Of a DNA stretch of 64,000 nucleotides, positions 8,858 through 17,287 are shown one piece after another. The first letter of the stretch is position 1. Each line of letters starts with the position of its first letter. Both the position numbers and the translations under genes were made by a program. The DNA comes from Armatimonadota bacterium (GTDB lineage: Bacteria; Armatimonadota; Zipacnadia; Zipacnadales; UBA5352), in the NCBI GenBank assembly GCA_034722055.1, contig JAYENL010000259.1, positions 1-64,000 of the forward strand, in the 5' to 3' direction. The notes beneath the pieces were generated by a model, which was not told the origin of the DNA, searched no databases, and saw nothing but the letters and a program-made list of their open reading frames with translations.

Positions 8858-9802
8858 ATGATGACGGCTGCAGTGCGACGGTGTGTTGTGATCCTGCTGG
8901 TCGGGGGGCTGTGCTACACCGGGTGGGCGGGGGACGTGGGGGTGAAGGTGATCGACAGCGGGGCGCCGGTCCCCGGCGCAGTCGTGAACATCGAGCCCGC
9001 TGGCCCCAGCGGCCGGACTAATGGTGACGGCGTGTGGGAGGCGGCCGGAGTGGCCGCCGGCGACTACCGCGTCACCGCCTGGAAGACCATCGCCGGCGAC
9101 CTGCGCGGCGCCATCAGCGACGTGACTGTGCCGGCGGCCGGCGGGGTGAAGGTGAAGCTGGAGCTGACCGACGCCATCTGGACCTACAACCACTTCCCGT
9201 TCGGCGTCGGCAACGCCTGGCAGTACCAGTATCGGCACCGGGGGACGGACGGCACGTGGCGAGCGACGTGGCGTGAGCGTGTGGAGCGCTCGATCATGTA
9301 CGACGGGGAGCCCGCGGTGGTCCTCTCAGCGACGAAGGATGGAGTTCTGGGGTGGGAGGAGATCCGCGCCTCTACGCGCGAGGGCTTCGTAATGTACAAT
9401 CAGCAGCATGGTGCCGACACCGTCAAGTTCGACCCGCCCATGCGGCTCGGCGCGCTGATGCCGGTGGGCTACGAGTGGGTAGTCAGCGCGACGGCGCACC
9501 ACAGTGACGGCTCGCCGGACGAGCCGGCGTCCCTGCGCTGTAAGCTTGCGGGCTTCGACACGGTCACGGTGCCCGCGGGGCGCTTCACGGACGCAGCGCG
9601 CCTGGAGGTCAGAATGACTCTCGGCGCCGAGACGAACGATCTGAAGGTCTGGACCGCGCACCTGGTGGGCGTCGTGCGACAGACCGAGACCAACCCCGAG
9701 CGCACGAACACGAAGCTGCTGGAGGAGTACCGGATCCGCGGAGTGCCCATGAGGCCGGTACGCCCGATCCGTCCGGTGCGCCCACTGCCGCCAAAGCCAT
9801 AG
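8858..9802 (+). CDS. Secreted protein: carboxypeptidase-regulatory-like beta-sandwich plus DUF3108/TapB-like domain, Pro/Arg-rich tail
   Basis: Signal peptide; 'GAPVPGAVV…TNGDG…GDYRVTA'; 'FPFGVGNAWQY', 'VTVPAGRF', 'W…GVVR'; tail RPVRPIRPVRPLPPKP. Confidence 0.65.
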   Translation: MMTAAVRRCVVILLVGGLCYTGWAGDVGVKVIDSGAPVPGAVVNIEPAGPSGRTNGDGVWEAAGVAAGDYRVTAWKTIAGDLRGAISDVTVPAAGGVKVKLELTDAIWTYNHFPFGVGNAWQYQYRHRGTDGTWRATWRERVERSIMYDGEPAVVLSATKDGVLGWEEIRASTREGFVMYNQQHGADTVKFDPPMRLGALMPVGYEWVVSATAHHSDGSPDEPASLRCKLAGFDTVTVPAGRFTDAARLEVRMTLGAETNDLKVWTAHLVGVVRQTETNPERTNTKLLEEYRIRGVPMRPVRPIRPVRPLPPKP

Positions 9803-9970
9803 TGCTGGCTGGGGGTCCATCCGGCGCCTCCTGCCGCGGTCGTGCGGGCGGCGGGAGGTGCTGTCGTGTCGCCGGACTTCAGAGTCCGGCGGCGAGACGA
9901 CGCGCTTCCACTACTACCCGGTGGGTGAGACCGAGGAGGGGCCGGTGCTGCGCATCCAGCCGCTCACAAC

Positions 9971-11242
9971 ATGGATACGGAGTGGGAGGCCATGACCGAG
10001 CACGAGCGACGTCTCCGGGAGCATATCCAGGGCTGTCACGAGCGCGCCAGGCGGCACCTGGGCGCCTCAGACGCCGACGTCCAGCGTGGGATGGAGCTGC
10101 ACCGGGAGCTGCTGGTGTGCGACAGCTTCACGCTGCCGTGGACCATCCCCTCAGCCGCTGGCATCCGCCGGCTGAACGCTGCCATCGAGGCGGGCTGGGA
10201 CGCCTCGCAGGTCCACCAGCTCCGGCTGGACATCAATGCCGCGGACGTGGCGCTGGACGACGACTGCGCGCGATTGCACGAGGCCATCTTCGAGGCGTCG
10301 GGGGTGAACTGCACGGTCATCAACGCCGGCCCGGGGCCGGGCCTGAACTACGCGCTGCGAGGCCTGGCGCGCTTCCAGCAGGTCTGTGACGCGCTGCCCG
10401 AGCGATGGACGAAGGCCGTGCACGCCAGCCGGGCCCGCCAGGCCTTCGCCGAGGGCCGGCGGGCCATGATCTTCTCGGCGAACAACCCGCCGGCCGACGC
10501 CGGGTTCGCTGACGGCTACGAGCAGCTCCGCTGGCTGGAGTGGTTCCACCGGGTGGGCTTTCGCATCATGCACCTGACCTACAACCGGCGCAACTGGGTC
10601 GGCGACGGCTGCATGGAGGAGGCCAACGGGGGGCTGTCCGCCTTCGGGCACGCCGTCGTCGAGCGCATGAATGAGCTGGGCATCGTCATCGACACGCCGC
10701 ACACCGGGACGCGGACGACGCTCGACGCGGCGGCGGCATCGAGCGCACCGATCGCCGCCTCGCACACGGTCTGCCGCGCCGTCCGCGATCATCCCCGGGG
10801 GAAGACCGACCGGGAGCTGCGGGCCATCGCCGAGGGTGGCGGGTTCGTCGGGGTCACCTGCGTCTCCGGCTTTCTGCGCGAGGGCGGCGGGACGATCGCT
10901 GACCTGCTGAACCACGTGGAGCACGCCGTGGACGTGGCGGGGATCGACCACGTGGGCATCGGCACCGACAACGGCTACGCGGTGCCGCCACCGGCCGAGC
11001 CGGAGCTGCTGCCGCTCCCGAAGATGCGCCGCCACTGGTGGTCCTTCTGGCTGCCGGGGACGCTTGGCGGAGGCAACGACGAGGGGCGAGATGGGAGCCT
11101 CTCGTGGGTCTGCTGGCCCTACTTCACCGTCGGCCTGCTGATGCGCGCGTACTCCGAGGAGCAGGTGGCGAAGATCGTGAGCGCAAATGCGCTCCGGCTG
11201 TTCGAGGACGTGGAGGCGGCGGCGAGCGTGCAGGTGCGCTGA
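9971..11242 (+). CDS. Membrane dipeptidase (M19) family amidohydrolase
   Basis: 'HLTYNRRNWVGDGCME', 'GLSAFGHAVVERMNELGIVIDTPH', 'ASHT', 'HPRGKTD', 'GIDHVGIGTD'. Confidence 0.85.
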   Translation: MDTEWEAMTEHERRLREHIQGCHERARRHLGASDADVQRGMELHRELLVCDSFTLPWTIPSAAGIRRLNAAIEAGWDASQVHQLRLDINAADVALDDDCARLHEAIFEASGVNCTVINAGPGPGLNYALRGLARFQQVCDALPERWTKAVHASRARQAFAEGRRAMIFSANNPPADAGFADGYEQLRWLEWFHRVGFRIMHLTYNRRNWVGDGCMEEANGGLSAFGHAVVERMNELGIVIDTPHTGTRTTLDAAAASSAPIAASHTVCRAVRDHPRGKTDRELRAIAEGGGFVGVTCVSGFLREGGGTIADLLNHVEHAVDVAGIDHVGIGTDNGYAVPPPAEPELLPLPKMRRHWWSFWLPGTLGGGNDEGRDGSLSWVCWPYFTVGLLMRAYSEEQVAKIVSANALRLFEDVEAAASVQVR

Positions 11243-11293
11243 CCCTCCCAAAGGCCTTTCCCTCCACATGCCAACAGCCTTGAGGAGGACCCC

Positions 11294-12529
11294 ATGAGCC
11301 CTCCCAACATCCTGCTCGTATTCTCCGACCAGGAGCAGTCGCTGTCGCGTAGTCCCCTGCTGAGCCTACCGCATCGGCAGCGGCTGATGGAGCGGGGGGT
11401 GACCTTCGAGCGCTGCTACTGCACCACGCCGCAGTGCTCGGCCTCGCGGGCGAGCATCATGACCGGCCGCTATCCGCAGGAGGTCGGGGTCGTCACCAAC
11501 ATCGGCGCGGTGGGGGGCCGTCCGCTGTCTCCCCAGGTGCCCACGCTGGGCAACGTGTTCCGCGAGGCGAGCTACGAGACGCAGTACATGGGCAAGTGGC
11601 ACCTGGGGAACGAGGGCGGCGTCCTGGACGACTTCGGCTTCCCCGGTCGCATACGGGCGCGGGGCGAGGAGCTGGCGGAGCGTGCGGCCGGGTGGCTGGC
11701 GTCGCCACCGCCCGAGCCATGGCTGCTGGTGGTGTCGTTCGTCAACCCGCACGACGTCTACTCCATGCCGCCGGAGCACCCCGTCCGGCCCGGCCTGTCG
11801 CTGCCGGACAGCTTCGGCGACGACCTCCACGCCAAGCCCCCGCCGCAGCTCCGCTTCCTGCAGCACGACCAGGGCGTGGCCGTCCACGGATTCGAGGAGG
11901 AGGACTGGCTGCGCTACATCAGTTGGTACTACGACCTCATTGAGCGCGTGGACGGGCACCTCGGCGCGATCCTGGACGCGCTGGAAAGCTCGGGACAGGA
12001 TGGCAACACGCTGGTGGCCTACACCTCCGATCACGGGGACATGGCCGGCGGCCACGGGATGCCCTTCAAAGGCCCGTTCATGTACGAGGAGCTCCTGAGG
12101 GTGCCGCTGGTGGTGCGCTGGCCGGACGGAGCGGGCGCCGGCGAGACACGTGATACACTGGCCGGCCTCGTAGACCTGGCGCCGACCTTCGCCGCCGCGG
12201 CGGGCATCGACTGGCCGGCGGAGCCGCCGGGGCGGAACCTGCGCGCCATCGCCGAGGACGCCAGCGCTCCCTGGCGCGATCGGATCTTCGCGCAGTATCA
12301 CTCCAAGCAGCGGTGGTCGAATCCCATCCGCACGGTCCGCACGCGGCGGTGGAAGTACAACCACTACCTGGAGGACCGCGACGAGCTCTACGACCTGCAG
12401 GAGGACCCCAGCGAGATGCGCAATGAGATTCACACGCCGGAGCATCAGGAGCTTATCGGTAAGCTCAGGGCATGCCTGGACGAGTGGCGGCGGGAGACAG
12501 GAGACCCGCTGCGAGCCGCGGACAGTTAA
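11294..12529 (+). CDS. Cys-type sulfatase (CxAxR variant)
   Basis: 'PNILLVFSDQ', 'CSASRASIMTG', 'GKWHLG', 'SDHG', 'ELYDLQEDP'; GAGGAG RBS. Confidence 0.92.
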   Translation: MSPPNILLVFSDQEQSLSRSPLLSLPHRQRLMERGVTFERCYCTTPQCSASRASIMTGRYPQEVGVVTNIGAVGGRPLSPQVPTLGNVFREASYETQYMGKWHLGNEGGVLDDFGFPGRIRARGEELAERAAGWLASPPPEPWLLVVSFVNPHDVYSMPPEHPVRPGLSLPDSFGDDLHAKPPPQLRFLQHDQGVAVHGFEEEDWLRYISWYYDLIERVDGHLGAILDALESSGQDGNTLVAYTSDHGDMAGGHGMPFKGPFMYEELLRVPLVVRWPDGAGAGETRDTLAGLVDLAPTFAAAAGIDWPAEPPGRNLRAIAEDASAPWRDRIFAQYHSKQRWSNPIRTVRTRRWKYNHYLEDRDELYDLQEDPSEMRNEIHTPEHQELIGKLRACLDEWRRETGDPLRAADS

Positions 12530-12641
12530 GGGGCGCCTCTTCCGCCACAGGTGTGCCGCGGGAGCGGTCACGACCCCGCCATGGCAACAGGATGTGCAGG
12601 ATTCCAGCCCTCCGTGCCGGACAGGATCACAGCCGCTCGTC

Positions 12642-13199
12642 TCAGCGACCCAGCAGCCGCCCCAGCTCCAGGATGCGCTCGCCCAGGCGGCGCGCGGCGT
12701 CGAGGGCCTCGGCATCCTCCTCGATCTCGCCGGCCTCGAAGGCCATCCCGCACACGCCGCGATTGGCCGGGATCATCTCATGCTTGAGGTAGAACGCGTG
12801 CAGCGCCGTGATGGCGCTCTCCGCGCCATACCTGCGACCGACCACGACCGCGCCGCCGATGATGTTGCGCAGCTCTCCCCTGTAGGCCCACGTTCTGTCG
12901 ATGAGCGCCTTGGTCTGCGAGGGCACGTTGTTGAAGTAGACCGGGCAGCCGATGACCAGGGCGTCGCAGGCGGCCATCTTCGGCCAGATGACCCCCGTGA
13001 AGTCGTCATCGATCACGCAGCAGTCTTGCTCCCGACAGGTCCAGCAGCAGCGACAGGGCTCGATCGTGTGGTCCACCAGCTTGATGATCTCGCCCGGCGC
13101 GACAGAGCGCACGATCTCCAGCAGCCGGTCGGTGTTGCTGTCGCGCCTGGGACTGCCGGACAGGTAGAGGACGTTGATCTCCAGCGCGCTGGAGCTCAT
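12642..13199 (-). CDS. Iron-sulfur flavoprotein / NADPH-dependent FMN reductase family
   Basis: 'SGSPRRDSNT', 'CRCCWTC…C', 'GCPVYF', 'KALIDR'; ATGA overlap with upstream SDR. Confidence 0.88.
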   Translation of the reverse strand: MSSSALEINVLYLSGSPRRDSNTDRLLEIVRSVAPGEIIKLVDHTIEPCRCCWTCREQDCCVIDDDFTGVIWPKMAACDALVIGCPVYFNNVPSQTKALIDRTWAYRGELRNIIGGAVVVGRRYGAESAITALHAFYLKHEMIPANRGVCGMAFEAGEIEEDAEALDAARRLGERILELGRLLGR

Positions 13200-13963
13200 G
13201 TGGCCGTCCACCCGCCGTCCACGTAGATGACCTGGCCGGTGACGAAGCTGGAGGCGTCGGAGGCCAGCCACACGCAGGCGCCTTGCAGCTCCTGCACCTC
13301 GCCCCAGCGGCCGAAGGGCACGCGCTCGATGATGATGCGGTTGCGCTCAGGGTCCTCCTGCAGCGCGCGGGTGTTGGCGGTGCGGAAGTAGCCGGGGGCG
13401 ATGGCGTTGACGTTGATGCCGTGCTGCGCCCACTCGACGGCCAGGGACCTGGTGAGCTGGGCGATGCCGCCCTTGGAGGCCGTGTAGGCGGGGATGAAGG
13501 GCACCCCGATGCGTGAGAGCAGGCTGGCGATGTTGATGATCTTCCCCGCACCGCGGTCCACCATGTGCCGGCCCACCGCCTGCGCCACGAAGAACGCGCC
13601 GCGGATGTTGATGCGCATGACGTCGTCCCACATCTGCGGGGTGTACTCCAGCGCGGGGGCGCGATTGATCGTCCCCGCGTTGTTGACCAGGATGTCGATG
13701 TGCCCGAACTCCTCGAGCACCGCATCGACGACGGGCTGGATCTGGTCGATCTGTGAGAGGTCCGCCGGGAACTGCACCGCCCGCCGCCCCGTCTGCGTCA
13801 CGATCTCATCGACGGCCTGCAGCAGCTCATCCTCGCTGCGGGCGGTGAGGGCGATGTCCGCGCCGGCCTCCGCCAGGCCCATCGCCAGCGATCTGCCGAT
13901 GCCCCTGCCGCCGCCGGTCACCAGCGCCACGCGATCATCCAGCCGAAAGTCGTCGAGAATCAC
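13196..13963 (-). CDS. SDR oxidoreductase (KduD/gluconate 5-dehydrogenase-like)
   Basis: 'TGGGRGIG', 'NNAG', 'YTASK', 'NVNAIAPGYFRT', 'VDGGW'. Confidence 0.92.
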   Translation of the reverse strand: MILDDFRLDDRVALVTGGGRGIGRSLAMGLAEAGADIALTARSEDELLQAVDEIVTQTGRRAVQFPADLSQIDQIQPVVDAVLEEFGHIDILVNNAGTINRAPALEYTPQMWDDVMRINIRGAFFVAQAVGRHMVDRGAGKIINIASLLSRIGVPFIPAYTASKGGIAQLTRSLAVEWAQHGINVNAIAPGYFRTANTRALQEDPERNRIIIERVPFGRWGEVQELQGACVWLASDASSFVTGQVIYVDGGWTAT

Positions 13964-14032
13964 GGTCTCACCTCATGAGGTCGCTCACACTGGGCGCCAC
14001 GTTTCGCCGCTCAGCGGCGCATGGCCTCCAGC

Positions 14033-14959
14033 TCATCGCTCGTCAGCGAGGCTCAGTTCGACCGACTGCTCGCCGGGGGCAGCGATGAATCTGTGGCGGA
14101 CGACGAGACCGCGCACAGCCTCGCTGGCATAGAGGCTGTACTCCAACCCTGGAAGAAGCTTCTGGAAGCGGAAGCGTCCCTCCTCGTCGGCGGTCGCGCG
14201 ATCCGACAGGGTAACTGGTGGCGGTCGTTGGATAGCTCCCCAGAGTCCCACTGCACGCTCCGGGAATAGGTGTATCGTCACTCCCGCAGCCGGCTCTCCA
14301 TCCTCATCCAGCAGCCGCCCTTCGAGCATCCCGAGCGGCTCCAGGTAGAATGTCGGCTGGAAGGGCTGGTCGGGGTCGCAGACGATACTGCAGCCGGTCT
14401 CGCCGTCGGGCCCGACGGCCATGACCAGCACATCGCCGCGGGCCGCAATGCCGGTGAGCTCGAAGGCCCCGTTCTCGTCGCTGACGTCACGCGGGCCGCG
14501 ATCCCAGTCGCCGAAGTACGCTCGAGGGCGCGTCTCGTCCTCGGGATCGTACAAGGTGGTCGCGCGGACCTCGGCACCGGCGACCGGCTCCCCCTCGGCG
14601 TCCACGACCCGGCCGGTGATGGCGCCGACGGCGTCGGTGAGCCGCACCTCGCACGGCTCGCCGGGCGCGGCGGGGAGGCCGTCGGAGGCGTAGTTCTCGG
14701 CGGCGACCGCGACCTGGCACAGCTCGCGGGGGCTCTCGGTCTCGAAGGTGATGCTGAAGCGGCCGTCGCGGCCGGTGCGGGCCTCGAGCCACCGCGGCGG
14801 AGGCACATCAACGTCCGGGTGCCGGACGCCCACAACCGCCCCGGCGATGCCTTCCCCGTCCGGCCCCACCACGCGGCCGGTGATAGTGACCTCCTCGGCC
14901 AGCGCAACCGCGGCAGCGCCAAGCAGTGCAAGGGCGAGACAGAGCCAGGTGCGCTTCAT
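14033..14959 (-). CDS. Secreted carboxypeptidase-regulatory-like (beta-sandwich) repeat protein, short paralog
   Basis: Signal peptide then 'AEEVTITGRVVGPDGEGIAGA'; about 3 'GxVxDxxGxPxxG…DxxGxF' modules. Confidence 0.8.
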   Translation of the reverse strand: MKRTWLCLALALLGAAAVALAEEVTITGRVVGPDGEGIAGAVVGVRHPDVDVPPPRWLEARTGRDGRFSITFETESPRELCQVAVAAENYASDGLPAAPGEPCEVRLTDAVGAITGRVVDAEGEPVAGAEVRATTLYDPEDETRPRAYFGDWDRGPRDVSDENGAFELTGIAARGDVLVMAVGPDGETGCSIVCDPDQPFQPTFYLEPLGMLEGRLLDEDGEPAAGVTIHLFPERAVGLWGAIQRPPPVTLSDRATADEEGRFRFQKLLPGLEYSLYASEAVRGLVVRHRFIAAPGEQSVELSLADER

Positions 14960-14971
14960 CGTCGCTGCTCC

Positions 14972-17281
14972 TCATTGCAGATAGAATGTGGAGACCGTCA
15001 GGCGAATGGGGCCCGCGTCGCCGTGCACGAAGAAGTTGTGGATGGTGACCGAGCGGCCCGCAGGCTTCCGAAAGGTCGCTCGGTATTCCACGCCGGGCAC
15101 CAGCCCCTCGACCCGCCACTCACCGTTCGCCCCCGTGGTCACCTCGGTGCTCATGGTCAGGTCGCCGGGAAGCTCCTCCACGGAGCCGCTCGTCCAGATC
15201 TCAAGCGTCCCGCCTGCGACCGGCTCATGCTTCTCGGCAGTCAGGAGCACGCCGTGCACGGTGGCCGGCTCGGCAAGCTCGAAGGTCGGCTGGTGGGCGA
15301 TCTTCGGGTCACACACTTGGGCGTACGCCGTTGTGCCCTGGGCGTCGGCGGCCACGACGGTCACTGACTCTCGGTTCGCCCTCAGGCCGGTGAGCTCGAA
15401 CCGGCCCTGGGCGTCGGTGGTGGCCTGGGCCGGCTCATGGTCGATGGCGTCATCACAGAGCACTCTGGCGCCCTCCACGGGCCTGCCAGCGGCGTCCACG
15501 ACCGTTCCGCGAAGCGAGAGCCCTCCTCGGAACACGGGGATTGCCGGCAGCTCCACCGTCTCCCCGGCGATGACCTCGATGGGCGCGGAACGCTCCCGGG
15601 GACTCTCAGCCATGATCGACGAGGTCTCATGTACCGGCCGCACTGAGACGCGCATTCCGCCCGGGAGCGGGCCGATGCGGACGCTGCCGTCCTGGCCGGT
15701 GCGCACCTGCAGAGGCAGTTGCCAGTCGATGTCGTCCGCCGGATGGAGCGTGAACCCGGCATCGGCGACCGGCGCCCCATCACTATCCCGGACCGAGGCC
15801 ACGAGCCACCCGCCCTCCACCAGAGGTATCTCGTAGTCCCCACCGGCCTCGATCATCCGGAAGCCCGCGCGGCCGGCCTCGACGTCCCGCGCGAGAACGC
15901 AGACTCTGGGGTGCCACGGGCCATCACCGCTGCGGGTGCGCGCAGACGGCTCGATGGTGATGCGGCCGTTCGCGTCGGTCTGTCCGCGTTCCGGGGCCCG
16001 CGGTTCCCCCGGGATCCCGCCCCCATCGTACCACAGCACCTCCACCCCCGCCGCCGGGGTGCCGTCGGGGCTGGTCACCGTGAGGGCGATGATCGGCTGG
16101 CGCAGAAGGGACAGATCCGCCGTGATGCTCTCGCCCACCGTTTTCAGTTCGATCTCCGGCAACCTGTCCTCAGGCCCCCAGCCCTGGCGGCCTGCCGAGC
16201 AGTGCACGCGGTAAGCACCGGGCGGGACCCGCAGAGCGTAATGGCCAGCCTCGTCAGTGTGGGCCCGATTGACGCGGTCGAGGCCCTCCCGGGTAATTAT
16301 CGAGATGCGGGCCTCAGGTACCGGCTCGCCGGTGTCCGCCCAGGTCACGCTGCCTTCGACGACCGCGCCCTGGCTCAGGGTCACGTCGGCGCCCTCGGTC
16401 ACCTCCCCGGCGACCACCTCCACGCCCTCCAGCACCCCCTCGCACCAGTCCCGGCCAGGCTTGACGCTCACGAGCCAGGTCCCGGCGGGGAGGCCGGTGA
16501 TTCTGTAGCGGCCGGTCGCATCGGTCTCAGCCGTATACCCATAGTAATTGAGACCCCGCGGTCCGGCGCGAACAGTCGCGCCGGCGATCGGCTCGCCGCG
16601 GAAGGTCACGCGGCCGGCTATGCTCCCGGCTCGTCGGAGGGCGATCTCCGCGTCGCCGCCATCCGGCAGCCACTCGGTCCCGCTCATAACATAGCCGTCC
16701 GCGGTGGCCTGGAGCGACGCCTTGCTGCCGGCAGGCACGCCACCGAGCGAGAAGCGGCCATCCTCGTCGCTCGTCGCCATCGGCGCAGCGCTCCACCGTG
16801 TCAGGATGACGGCGTTCTCGGTTGTCCAGTCGGCCCACTCGCGGGGAGCCATCTCCTCCCAGTCGGGCGGCGGCGGATGGGGTTGCGTCATGACGAGCCG
16901 TACCTGCGCGCCCGCCAGCGGGTCGCCATCGCGGCCGAAGACCGTGCCGCTGACCTCCACCGGGTCGTCTGAGAGCCGCAGCTTTATCTCCTCGCCTGCG
17001 GGGAACCACCCGCCGGCAACAGCGTAGCCCTGGGCGACGCACGCCACGTAGTGGCCGCGACGCTCCTCGGTGATCGGGCCGGTGAGCCGGAAGCGCCCGG
17101 CCGCGTCCGTGGTGGCCTCCAGCCAGGCGAACTCGTCCGGGGTCGGCATGGCGCCGGTCGCGACGCGGGCCCCGGCGATGCCCTCCCCGTCCGGGCCGAC
17201 CACGCGACCGGTGATGGTGACCTCCTCGGCGGATGCGGCTGTGACGGTGACCGTCAGCAGGACAGTCATCAGCGCTCGCAT
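14972..17281 (-). CDS. Secreted carboxypeptidase-regulatory-like repeat protein
   Basis: Signal peptide, 'AEEVTITGRVVGPDGEGIAGA', about 8 modules. Confidence 0.85.
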   Translation of the reverse strand: MRALMTVLLTVTVTAASAEEVTITGRVVGPDGEGIAGARVATGAMPTPDEFAWLEATTDAAGRFRLTGPITEERRGHYVACVAQGYAVAGGWFPAGEEIKLRLSDDPVEVSGTVFGRDGDPLAGAQVRLVMTQPHPPPPDWEEMAPREWADWTTENAVILTRWSAAPMATSDEDGRFSLGGVPAGSKASLQATADGYVMSGTEWLPDGGDAEIALRRAGSIAGRVTFRGEPIAGATVRAGPRGLNYYGYTAETDATGRYRITGLPAGTWLVSVKPGRDWCEGVLEGVEVVAGEVTEGADVTLSQGAVVEGSVTWADTGEPVPEARISIITREGLDRVNRAHTDEAGHYALRVPPGAYRVHCSAGRQGWGPEDRLPEIELKTVGESITADLSLLRQPIIALTVTSPDGTPAAGVEVLWYDGGGIPGEPRAPERGQTDANGRITIEPSARTRSGDGPWHPRVCVLARDVEAGRAGFRMIEAGGDYEIPLVEGGWLVASVRDSDGAPVADAGFTLHPADDIDWQLPLQVRTGQDGSVRIGPLPGGMRVSVRPVHETSSIMAESPRERSAPIEVIAGETVELPAIPVFRGGLSLRGTVVDAAGRPVEGARVLCDDAIDHEPAQATTDAQGRFELTGLRANRESVTVVAADAQGTTAYAQVCDPKIAHQPTFELAEPATVHGVLLTAEKHEPVAGGTLEIWTSGSVEELPGDLTMSTEVTTGANGEWRVEGLVPGVEYRATFRKPAGRSVTIHNFFVHGDAGPIRLTVSTFYLQ

Positions 17282-17287
17282 GGTGAT

